Source of the DNA: Barthelona sp. PCE
Lineage: Eukaryota
Direction: 5' to 3'
Assembly (NCBI GenBank): GCA_040285745.1
Contig: JAUFOR010000004.1
Span: 806,001 to 870,000, forward strand
Length of the DNA stretch: 64,000 nt
The notes beneath the pieces were generated by a model. It was given only the letters and a program-made list of their open reading frames with translations. It was not told where the DNA came from and did not search any database. A program made the position numbers and the translations under genes. Below, piece by piece: positions 20,754 through 30,470 of the stretch (its first letter is position 1; each line of letters begins with the position of its first letter).

Positions 20754-23700
20754 TTATAATCGAAGACGTTTAAGACGATCCAACACTCTATTTAAAGCGT
20801 TCATAAAGTGTTGGGGGCTGTGTGGAGGTGCAGTCATAGAAAAGACAGACTGAGAGTTCTTCATGAACTCGTCTGGTGGATTTTTGTTAATGATTGCATT
20901 ATACTGCGACACTCGTTCCTGATCAAGCGTAAGTAGATTACCGTTGGCACGCAGTAGATCACATTCACCAAATTCTGTTGTGTAAACACTCATCCCAAGA
21001 CCATGGATTCGAGAACTAGTGGCAATAAAAACCAAATTAGTCGGAATATGCAAAAAAATCCCAACTCCAGTCTTCATCGCCATTTCATATATTTTTAACA
21101 CCGGACGATTAAACAAACCACTTGTTATGAGTTCATCCATAACAAATGGCTCAAGTGTTCGTAAACAGACCGCAGTTCTATTGTAATCCTCTTTACCGAC
21201 AATCTTTTCCGCTAAAACACGCAAAACCTCAAAGTTTTGAGGCAAACTGTGATTAAAAACACTGTAGTCAACAGTGGGATCAACAACCAGGTTTTTAAAT
21301 TGATCTCTAATGACAATCTGTACGTTTGCATTAATTGCATTTTTATATGGAAATACGTACATGTCTTGCGCTGCAGTTAGCTCGGAAGGAACTTCGAAAC
21401 CACAAACCGTGCCCAAGTACTGCAAAACATACATAGTAATGGGCTGAATGGAATTACTAATACCCACTACACTCATCATAATGGTTTCAGGGAATCGGCT
21501 ACCAAACAAGGCGAAAAAAACAGCTGTGGCGTCACTTCTGCCACAAATATGGCGGAAATAATGTTGTGACAAGACATCGGTTAAATTAACACATTCAGTT
21601 CCATAATCTTCAAACGCACATTCAATCCATTCGATGAAAAATGCAACAAAATTGAATAAAACAACATACAGTGTGATACGCGTTGTCGAAAAGTTAAAAC
21701 ACAGTGATGAATCAATGGTTATAGCTTCAGCGCTATCGTCCCACTTCTGCATGAAGTAATCTGAGAGAACTGTGGACAGCAGACCATCTAGAACTGCGAT
21801 ACCCAACGTCATGTGTGCAAAAACGCTATCAATAAGCTCGCCGTCGCGGATGGGAGTAAATAATCCCGAAAAATGCTCGTAAAGAGCCTGTACATCCTTA
21901 CCTTTCAACTGAAACTTCTTCTTGACATCATCATCGGTCAAAATACGATTATCAAGCTTCAAAACGTTCGGTAAAATTGGAATTTCAACGTTCGTATACG
22001 TGCGACACACACCACATCGGTCAGCAGAACTATTTGTCTGTTGAGTCTTACTGCGCTCGTAGCAGTCGCGGTGATAAATGTGCGTACATGTGCTAAATCC
22101 GAGAGGTGCGTAACGGTTGCTCTCGCTGTATTCACTGTAATCAACAACGTAAGTGCTGTTGAACACAGTGGACATTAAAACACACGGACGGTCCACAAGC
22201 GATCTGAAATCGTATTTTAACTGCTCATGACATAAGGGGCAGTTCTCACGTGCATGAATATCGGTGCAGTGTAACATGTCAACACTTTCAGCTTGCTTCT
22301 TTTCAGCGTCGCTCAGCTCAACCTCCACATCTATATCGTTTTCAATTGGTTCATCATCTAACGAGAACTGTGCCAGAAGGCTCTCCATGTCTTGATCAAA
22401 CTTGTTCATGAGCGACTGTTGTGCCTCAATCTTCTGCTCCTTTGAGAACATCTCCTCCTTTGGCTCTTCTGGTTTCATGTTCTCAATGGAAGAAGCCATC
22501 TCTATGAATGGAGCATAATTGAACTGTGCCATGTTCACAACAAAGAACCTTTTTGTATATTTATCAGCAACATGTGCACATCCAATCAGTGTCGAGAGAA
22601 TATCACCCCATGTGCTGTCTGCAAGAACAACCTCCGGCCCATTAATCCAACAAAAGACAAGCAACAGATGAAATGCGGAAATAACGTCAGTTGTCCACTT
22701 TCCTTTAATGGAAGTAGTAACTAAAGTACTGACCACATCAAGCAAGTACATTTTGATCGTCTCATCCTGGAACATGTTCTTCACAACAGTCAACTGTGAC
22801 GGTTCAACAAGATCCTCTGATAGATGTATGTCAAAGGGGATGCGTAGGAAAGCATCCAAATCAAAGTCATCCATCTTGCTCGAAAGATCATCAATCATCT
22901 GAATATATGTAAGTGGATGTTTGAAAGAATCACACATAGAAAGAAAACTGTATGCTTTCTTGTTAGGGACAATGTAAACCGCGTTATCGACTGTCATACC
23001 CTTTTTCAGAGTGCAAATCTCATGTATAGCGTCTTTCGTCATTGCCTTTGACTGTTGTGTGTATGTTAGAAGACGAGAAGGAGAATACCGTTGCTGAAAG
23101 ATACGAGATGCGACTAAAACATTTGCGGAATAACTGCTATCACGGATAAAAGAAAAACGCTGTAACGCTATTGAATTTAGCATAAAAAGTTGATAAGAAG
23201 TATGCAAAATACCAGTGCTAGGACTTGTAAAGAGCTCTGCACAAATTGAGAAAAAGTCACTCATGCTGACCAATCCTGAACTCACCAAACACTGCAACAT
23301 GAAAATATTCGGATGGAAACTGAACTGCACACATGAAGTCTTGTAAACGCTATCAACAATTGAAATCTCTCGAGAACAATATAACCAAGGGTTGATATTA
23401 TCACCATCAACGTTAGTGAGTACAGCAGTCGATGTGTGGAAATGAAGAGCAAGCTGACATATGCAAGTCTTACATATCCTATTGCGGTCAGTAATCGTCA
23501 ACTGCCTCAGTTCATCAACTACCATATCATGATACTGACAGAAACCAACAAATATATATGTCAAAAAATGATCGAAAACTGGGTGTAACAACGGATAAGA
23601 TGTATCAAAGAGTGAACCTTCCTTTGCTATACAATGACGATTGATCATAGATATAAAGAATCTCAATCTCTTCTTGACAACACCCAGATACGGCTGCATG

Positions 23701-25337
23701 TCATCATCATAAAGTCGCCTGTTGTATATCAGAGGTGATTCTGTATCTCTGAAACACACAAAAAAATCTGGAAGCTCACCTGTTTTAAGATAGTTAACCA
23801 GATGGTCTGGGACCTCGTTCAATCCATACACTAAGAACACACCTACACGTCTAAAACGATCCCACATGTCAACAGCACGAGAAAAAACCTTGTGGAAATT
23901 GACTCCGAAGTCACGATCCGGGTATTTATCAAGTGATACTATGGTATCCATCCAGAAGGAACATAAAGAGAAAGCATTTTCAAAAAATAAAAGTAATTGA
24001 TCGCTGATAACGTTATCAACAAACCAAAATCTACCAATCACGCAAATATTCTCGAAACAGACCATGAGACATGAGAACTGGTGAGATAAACACTGCAGGT
24101 CCTGCTGAGCCTTGTTGGCAATGATAGATCGCGTCATTTTTATGTTGTCATTTTCATACAGTTTTTCAGACCCGAAGTTTGCAATCTGTGGGAACAAAGA
24201 GATGTCAATGAAACTATCAAAATCCCAATGCTCTGTCAACTGTCTGTGATCGATTATGTTGCGATAACAACCAATACTGATTAATAAGGCGTCGCAAAAA
24301 ACTTTAAGCGGATGATGCGCAACATTCACTTCGTCATCATCAGCAAGCAACAGGCGAACGAAACAGTCGTCGTGGACGAACTGGACCGTGAGGTTGCTCA
24401 AAAACGAACCAAGCTCTCTGAACTCAATGGGGTTATGCATGAGTAAGATGACGCTATAATTATACCAGTGCAAAAACGGATTCAGCACTCTTTCTTTGAA
24501 CCCTTCGACGCTGAGAAGACTTGTAACCAGTGTAGAGAACTGATTGCATCCGGAAATAATGAAAAAACATAACGAACGGAAGAGGATATTCATGTGATCT
24601 TCATTGAGATAGTCCGTAAAGATGATCTTGATCCCCTCGTGACAATTGATCAAATCGTTGATCAAATCAGCATAATCAAGAGAAACTGTGATTAGGTCTT
24701 TCACTTTTTTGATAATTTCTGCAATTTCCAAGCGCTGCTTGATTGCTTTCTCGAACACATTACATATGACAGATAGACAGCGTATCCACAGATCGTTAAA
24801 CTTGAACAAAACATCGCTAAACTCACCAATACTCTGTTCAGATATATCCTTTGACCAAAGTGACATAAATATCTCAGTGCGTGTATGACTCTTATGACAG
24901 TTATCAGTGTTGCGCACGCCATTGGTTCCACAGTCACAGATAGCACTGAAATCTGAGCGAATTCTACGACGAGTGTAATTATGTGTGGTGGTTGTAAGAT
25001 TGTGCGTCTTCTCAAAGCATTTTTCACAAAATATAGCTGTTTTGTCGGCACAGCACTCCTCACATTCATAAATAAACTCGCCCTTACTAAGAACATGTCC
25101 ACAAACACTGCGAACATTATACTTCTTCAGTTCCCTCCATGTGCTGACAGCCATATCAAATTCAGACATGAGGAATGTTCCAGGGAACATGGCGTTTGAA
25201 AACTCATATACAATTTGCTGTACAGTTACCTCTTCAAGTTCCTTCCTAATATCTTCATATAGGCTGATCTCTTCGTCAAAAGCGTCTAATTCCGAAACAG
25301 TACTTCCCTTTAATACTTCATCAAGTGATGATATCAT
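20754..25337 (-). CDS. UBR-box RING E3 ubiquitin ligase (UBR1/2/3-type N-recognin)
   Basis: UBR box CGHVLSKGEFIYECEECCADKTAIFCEKCF...H...AICDCG, RING-H2 CPLC...CTHIYHRDC...CGVC and C-terminal YTTEFGECD. Confidence 0.9.
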   Translation of the reverse strand: MISSLDEVLKGSTVSELDAFDEEISLYEDIRKELEEVTVQQIVYEFSNAMFPGTFLMSEFDMAVSTWRELKKYNVRSVCGHVLSKGEFIYECEECCADKTAIFCEKCFEKTHNLTTTTHNYTRRRIRSDFSAICDCGTNGVRNTDNCHKSHTRTEIFMSLWSKDISEQSIGEFSDVLFKFNDLWIRCLSVICNVFEKAIKQRLEIAEIIKKVKDLITVSLDYADLINDLINCHEGIKIIFTDYLNEDHMNILFRSLCFFIISGCNQFSTLVTSLLSVEGFKERVLNPFLHWYNYSVILLMHNPIEFRELGSFLSNLTVQFVHDDCFVRLLLADDDEVNVAHHPLKVFCDALLISIGCYRNIIDHRQLTEHWDFDSFIDISLFPQIANFGSEKLYENDNIKMTRSIIANKAQQDLQCLSHQFSCLMVCFENICVIGRFWFVDNVISDQLLLFFENAFSLCSFWMDTIVSLDKYPDRDFGVNFHKVFSRAVDMWDRFRRVGVFLVYGLNEVPDHLVNYLKTGELPDFFVCFRDTESPLIYNRRLYDDDMQPYLGVVKKRLRFFISMINRHCIAKEGSLFDTSYPLLHPVFDHFLTYIFVGFCQYHDMVVDELRQLTITDRNRICKTCICQLALHFHTSTAVLTNVDGDNINPWLYCSREISIVDSVYKTSCVQFSFHPNIFMLQCLVSSGLVSMSDFFSICAELFTSPSTGILHTSYQLFMLNSIALQRFSFIRDSSYSANVLVASRIFQQRYSPSRLLTYTQQSKAMTKDAIHEICTLKKGMTVDNAVYIVPNKKAYSFLSMCDSFKHPLTYIQMIDDLSSKMDDFDLDAFLRIPFDIHLSEDLVEPSQLTVVKNMFQDETIKMYLLDVVSTLVTTSIKGKWTTDVISAFHLLLVFCWINGPEVVLADSTWGDILSTLIGCAHVADKYTKRFFVVNMAQFNYAPFIEMASSIENMKPEEPKEEMFSKEQKIEAQQSLMNKFDQDMESLLAQFSLDDEPIENDIDVEVELSDAEKKQAESVDMLHCTDIHARENCPLCHEQLKYDFRSLVDRPCVLMSTVFNSTYVVDYSEYSESNRYAPLGFSTCTHIYHRDCYERSKTQQTNSSADRCGVCRTYTNVEIPILPNVLKLDNRILTDDDVKKKFQLKGKDVQALYEHFSGLFTPIRDGELIDSVFAHMTLGIAVLDGLLSTVLSDYFMQKWDDSAEAITIDSSLCFNFSTTRITLYVVLFNFVAFFIEWIECAFEDYGTECVNLTDVLSQHYFRHICGRSDATAVFFALFGSRFPETIMMSVVGISNSIQPITMYVLQYLGTVCGFEVPSELTAAQDMYVFPYKNAINANVQIVIRDQFKNLVVDPTVDYSVFNHSLPQNFEVLRVLAEKIVGKEDYNRTAVCLRTLEPFVMDELITSGLFNRPVLKIYEMAMKTGVGIFLHIPTNLVFIATSSRIHGLGMSVYTTEFGECDLLRANGNLLTLDQERVSQYNAIINKNPPDEFMKNSQSVFSMTAPPHSPQHFMNALNRVLDRLKRLRL

Positions 25338-25959
25338 TATGTCGAGAAAACGAGAAAATATGGTAAAACATCAACTACCAGTTAAAGAACATGGACATCT
25401 ACCGATCCATAAGAATTCAACCCGCCTACAACTTGTCAAAGTTAGAAAACACCACAACATTGTTGTGAAAAAAGTGTAGTAGTTTTGCCTATTGAATATG
25501 GAACACTACTTTCTTTACACGTATATAAATACAATTAACCATTTGACAACGTTAAAAAAAACCTTGTAATCCAACTTTTCTTGATACTAATATTTGTGTG
25601 ATATTTCAATGACTTTACATGCATGCAGCACTTTATACCGTACATTTCCTTTGCACGAATGAATCTCGAAAGTTCAAAATCAAGCATAAGCTACTTGAAC
25701 AATTTACCCCTCTTCGACAACCCTAAGATGCTCAAGTGACTTACTCGGGGTATAATAATATAATATTTAACAGGAGGGCAGATTGCAGGAGCTTTTAAGT
25801 TGGGTTCTGGCCTTTATAATCACGCTTTAACCTCGTTCCCGCTTCAGATAGTTTTATTCATAATTAGTTGCCGTAAATTGTTCATTCAATGTTTTTAATA
25901 AAGTGTAAACGTTGTCTTTTCGACATCAGACTTGTTTTTTGCTTATATCTCTTTTATTG

Positions 25960-26808
25960 ATGCAAAGCTTCCCAGAACCCTTAAAACATATCGTACCTTA
26001 CATCAAACGTGCTGCTGAACTTGAAGAAAAGCATCCAGTCTTTTCATACTACTGCAATTTTTATGTCTTGGGCAAAATATTCGCTGTACAAAAGGCAAAC
26101 AATGATCCTGAAGTCAGAGATGTCCTCATGGCATACCTTGACATCTGTGAAACTCTAAAGAGCAATCTTCCACTCACAGACGATGATCATGATTCTTTTC
26201 TCAGCTTTGCAGTGGGTATCTTTAAGAATGCGCACCAAGTTGACATGGCCGGTGCAGCTACTGCTAAAACAGCACAGACATACTTTGCAGCAAGTCATTT
26301 TCTTGAAGTATATTCTGTTTTTGATAAAGACATGCAAAAGGTGAACAGCATGAAGATATTTGCTAAAAAGAGGGCTGGACTCATATCTTCATCACTTAAA
26401 GCTGGTATTCCGATTGCTCCTCCACCTGGAGGCAAATCCTCAGATGGTGTTGATGTATCCAATGAAATGGCTGAGCTTGAGAAGGAGGCACAGGAGGAGG
26501 AAGAGAAGACTCCTCACGGTGAACAGCCAACAATAGGATATAATTCTCCTACAACTGAGTATAATGCTCCAACAACTTCTACTTCATCTCCTGAGGAGAT
26601 TACACCTGTTGAACCCGAACCCGTTGTGCAACCCGCCCAAAGTTCAGGTTTTGGAAATATGTCAACTACACGTGATTTCTACAAAGACATGGCCAAAGTT
26701 CAGAGCAATTGTCGTGCCATAATTAGCGCGATTGACTTTGAAGATTTACCTGAAGCAAAGCGTTTGCTTGAAGTCTCTTTAGCTATGGTTAATAACCACA
26801 GTAAGTAA
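25960..26808 (+). CDS. VTA1: Vta1/LIP5 (ESCRT Vps4 cofactor)
   Basis: PEPLKHIVPYIKRAAELE..HPVFSYYC (MIT region), TAQTYFAASHFLEV, a Pro-rich linker and C-terminal VSL CRAIISAIDFEDLPEA. ATG at 25960. Confidence 0.92.
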   Translation: MQSFPEPLKHIVPYIKRAAELEEKHPVFSYYCNFYVLGKIFAVQKANNDPEVRDVLMAYLDICETLKSNLPLTDDDHDSFLSFAVGIFKNAHQVDMAGAATAKTAQTYFAASHFLEVYSVFDKDMQKVNSMKIFAKKRAGLISSSLKAGIPIAPPPGGKSSDGVDVSNEMAELEKEAQEEEEKTPHGEQPTIGYNSPTTEYNAPTTSTSSPEEITPVEPEPVVQPAQSSGFGNMSTTRDFYKDMAKVQSNCRAIISAIDFEDLPEAKRLLEVSLAMVNNHSK

Positions 26809-26847
26809 TTGTGAATATGTTTGTAAATAAATAAACTTGTATTCATT

Positions 26848-29800
26848 TTATTTATGTGACAGTTCTCTTCGTAATTCGAACAACCTCTCACGATATTTGG
26901 TACAGAATCCAACTTGATCGTTCAGTTCCTTCTTTAATTGCTGCTTTTCATGGACATGCATTGAGTTTTGCCTTTCTGAAACATGTAATCTTTGTTTGTA
27001 TTCCGTATTTAACTCGATTTCTGCATTCAACGCCCTCCTAACTTCCATAAGCTCAGTTTCTAAAGCAATGCTTGCTTCACCACTACTTTGCAAGATGAAA
27101 ATCTCCTTCTTCAATGTTTCAATCTCAACATTTTGTAATGAGCAAAGTTTACGTAACTCAACCAGTTCTTTTTCCTGTTGGGCAACCAAACTACTCAACG
27201 AACTAATTTCAGCTGTCTTTGCTCCAATCTTTCGTTCCAATGTATCCACCTCAACATTGTGTGTGTACTCATCAACTTTTGATATGTTTTTCTTCTCATA
27301 GTAATAGTTGTTTGATGAAGTTGTGCGGAACACTGGACTTACACTTGGTAGCACCTGTGAAACAGCCCTGGAGTTCTTTGGTGTATCCCCTTTAGATTCG
27401 ATCATCCTCTTACTTATATTCTTTCTAACGGAATCAGTTCTATCAAACGATCTGTCATTATAACGGGTATCAATATGATCATAATGTGTGCCAAATTGGT
27501 CATTCAAAGCGCCCATTCGATCGTCTTGTGTATTTGCATGGACAGACGTAAAACTATTTGTTGAATATGATGGCTTCAGCACACCAGGGTCTTCAGGTAT
27601 CAACATGCTCTTGTGACCCTCCCGCGTACTCTGTGTATTGGCTATCTTCTGATCTTCTATGTAACGTGTATCCATGTCAGTTAGTTCTGCATTGAATCCA
27701 ATGCCTCTTGATGGTGTTGGAGGATCAAAGTTGAGCCGGTGCTTATGTTTCTTGACGATGGTAGGTGATATCACATCAACCTTTTTTGAATAAACGGGCT
27801 TCTGTGCGCTTCTCAAAATTGCATCATCCAACGCCTGTCTATTCTGCTGGGTTACTGACCTTAACCTCTCTTGAACACTTCTGCTCTTTCTATTTTGTTC
27901 AATATCAACCATACGCTTCATAAAGTCAGTTTCAGGTGCCAACATCTTCCTATTCTCTACATTGGTATTTGGTAATGTAACGGTTTTATCCTTGTTTGAT
28001 GACAGAGATTTCCCTGCATTAAATGGCATATACGCTGTTTTCTTGCCTTCAATCGATGAAGTTTGATCCTTGAACACATCCTTAGCTGCAGATTCATGTT
28101 CTAGCTGCTTCTTCTTCTCTGCTTTCTCTGATAAATTTGATGAAAACCCAGTAAGCGTTGATTGCTCATTCCTGTAACTCTTATCTCTGGGTGCAACACT
28201 ATTTTCCTTATGAATGTCATCAACACGTTTTTCAACCTGATTAGTTACAGTTTTATATAAAACTGTGGGCATAGAACCCTTTTCCTTCTGCGATTCTATG
28301 CGTTCAGTCAAAACTTCTTGTTCGTGAACGGGTTCACTCACAATCTCTTTTTCAACCACAAACGGTGAGGGCTCTTCACTTGAAGAAATAAAACGGTTGC
28401 TAATACTGGCTCCAGTGTGAAAATCTTTCAAATTTTCTTCTTCATTCGGCAGTTCCTCAACATCATATACGCTATTAAGAAACTGATTAATTGTTCCGAA
28501 TTTGCTGGTCTTACCAAGAGCATCCTCACCGTGCATTTCCCCATCATTTATGGGGGAAATCTGTGAAAGAAACGAACTTGTCATTGGGGATTCATCCACT
28601 ACATCTTTGCTCTTTCTCACCACCGGTTCCTCATTATGATTCTCAACGGCTGTCAAATGGGACGACTTAACCTTGAGAAGAGGTTTGGGGGTTACTGGAT
28701 CCTGATTAGGGCTTAAAAGCAAGCTACTATCATCCATAGAAGGTGGTTTGATCTTATTCCACGTCACACTGAGGCGATCATTCTGGTTTGACATCGGCAC
28801 GATTTCTTGTGTCATGACCAAATCGATGTCTTCATCCATTGATTCGTTAGACTCGAAGAAATCCTCACGTTTCATTTTTGGCTTCTCAATATCAATACCA
28901 TCTTGGGCAAATAGCATCTGTTTTGATGACTCCCTCATCTGTGACAACTTAGACGGAGTTATGTGCTTGACAACAGCTGGACGTTTGGGTTTAAATCCCT
29001 TGGGAAAGTTAATAGGAAGCCTCGACAATAATTGAACATCACCTAATGAAAAGCCAAGGTAGTTTCTGATCCTCTGGAACATCTGCATTACGGTAACGTT
29101 ATAATCAATATCATCCAAATCTTTGCTCAAGTCACCATAAAAGATACAATCATGCAACAACATTGAGTCCTTTAACATCATTGTTAATATACTCTCTCTA
29201 AATGCTGGCAACCTGCCTTCGTATAGTTCTGATATACAATGTTCGATACTGGCTATATCATTCCGAACACTTTTCAATGCATGAGGGTGACTTTGAAAAT
29301 GATCACCCACACCATGACAAATGGTCAAAAAAGTAAATTTCCTGTACTCTATGTGCTTTTCTACTTCAGGGCTCATTATTCCAGTTGTTTTTGAGCTCCA
29401 CAAAAACTTAGACGGACTGGTAGGCATATATCCCAAATTATTAACACCCTTTAGTGTCTTCTTCATGAGACGGATGCGTAGATTCACGCCTAGATGTGCT
29501 GCCAGGTTGTTTAATGGTGGTAAATCATCGAGACGGTGTAATTGTGAAAGTACTGCTGATGTTGTGACTCTTCTTTGTTTAACAGCCATTTGTGTGAGTA
29601 TGTGGAAATCACCAAGATCACTGATTGGGAAGTAGGCTGCGGTATCTTCTGTTACTCCATTATGCCCAGTAAACGTTACTTCACGACCTTTTGAAAGAAG
29701 ATCATAAGCTTTGTTGCTTGTGATTAGATAGAAACTAGCTTCTAAGCGAATTGTCTTGACATCAGGAAGTGTTGCTCTTGCGTTATCAACAAAATTTAAA

Positions 29801-30159
29801 CACTGATTAACAGTATGTGAACACAAACCATTCTTCTTCAACAATAACTGTAATTTTGAAGTCTCTGAAGGACCGTAAACCGCAAATGAACCAAACCCAC
29901 CTTCACATGTACGAGAAACTGCAGGTTTAACGTACTTTTCAAAAATTGCACTTTCCCCAACGACTTCATCAACAACGAATCTGTGCGGTGAGAAGTCCAC
30001 GCTACCGTTGTGTGGGATCGCATCAAAACCACTGGGTAAAAGAGAAACAGTGTGGAATTTTTCATCAATATGAACAGATTCAACGGTTTCGCTTAACGAT
30101 ATTGCCTTTGCGGGTATTTTAGCGTGAGCCAGCACGTATAACATCTGCCTGTTTGACAT
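26848..30159 (-). CDS. Divergent kinesin-like protein (degenerate motor domain plus C-terminal coiled coil)
   Basis: FVVDEV...IFEKYVKPAV...EGGFGSFAVYGPSETSK, ASFYLITSNKAYDLL and PAFRESILTMMLKDSM align to kinesin motor motifs, but the nucleotide-binding motifs are degenerate. Likely ATG 30159. Confidence 0.8.
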   Translation of the reverse strand: MSNRQMLYVLAHAKIPAKAISLSETVESVHIDEKFHTVSLLPSGFDAIPHNGSVDFSPHRFVVDEVVGESAIFEKYVKPAVSRTCEGGFGSFAVYGPSETSKLQLLLKKNGLCSHTVNQCLNFVDNARATLPDVKTIRLEASFYLITSNKAYDLLSKGREVTFTGHNGVTEDTAAYFPISDLGDFHILTQMAVKQRRVTTSAVLSQLHRLDDLPPLNNLAAHLGVNLRIRLMKKTLKGVNNLGYMPTSPSKFLWSSKTTGIMSPEVEKHIEYRKFTFLTICHGVGDHFQSHPHALKSVRNDIASIEHCISELYEGRLPAFRESILTMMLKDSMLLHDCIFYGDLSKDLDDIDYNVTVMQMFQRIRNYLGFSLGDVQLLSRLPINFPKGFKPKRPAVVKHITPSKLSQMRESSKQMLFAQDGIDIEKPKMKREDFFESNESMDEDIDLVMTQEIVPMSNQNDRLSVTWNKIKPPSMDDSSLLLSPNQDPVTPKPLLKVKSSHLTAVENHNEEPVVRKSKDVVDESPMTSSFLSQISPINDGEMHGEDALGKTSKFGTINQFLNSVYDVEELPNEEENLKDFHTGASISNRFISSSEEPSPFVVEKEIVSEPVHEQEVLTERIESQKEKGSMPTVLYKTVTNQVEKRVDDIHKENSVAPRDKSYRNEQSTLTGFSSNLSEKAEKKKQLEHESAAKDVFKDQTSSIEGKKTAYMPFNAGKSLSSNKDKTVTLPNTNVENRKMLAPETDFMKRMVDIEQNRKSRSVQERLRSVTQQNRQALDDAILRSAQKPVYSKKVDVISPTIVKKHKHRLNFDPPTPSRGIGFNAELTDMDTRYIEDQKIANTQSTREGHKSMLIPEDPGVLKPSYSTNSFTSVHANTQDDRMGALNDQFGTHYDHIDTRYNDRSFDRTDSVRKNISKRMIESKGDTPKNSRAVSQVLPSVSPVFRTTSSNNYYYEKKNISKVDEYTHNVEVDTLERKIGAKTAEISSLSSLVAQQEKELVELRKLCSLQNVEIETLKKEIFILQSSGEASIALETELMEVRRALNAEIELNTEYKQRLHVSERQNSMHVHEKQQLKKELNDQVGFCTKYRERLFELRRELSHK

Positions 30160-30470
30160 TGCGTTTGAATAGAAAAGGTAAAAAAAGCGAATACACATAT
30201 TATGGTAAACAATCATGTTTATGGAATATTTACACTTGAATTGGATATATAGGCAAGCTTAGATAGTCGTGGTAACACAACAATAAAGAAAATGTAACAG
30301 TCTGGATCATATACGATTACAAGCAGCTCGAAAGTACTTTTTATCATACAAAATTAAAAGCCAAACCAATTGGGATTTTGATTCAAATTTAGATATCCTG
30401 AAAAGCCTATAAAATTTAAAATGTTGAAGAAGGCTAGATAAAAATCATTTCCAAACAAAAAAAGCATTTA

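Noticed and set aside
25472-25520. AAGTGTAGTA resembling the U2 snRNA branch-pairing region, with nearby hairpins
   Set aside because: The flanking U2 elements (GCT/GATC U6-pairing segments, TCTGTTC stem IIa, Sm site) are absent.
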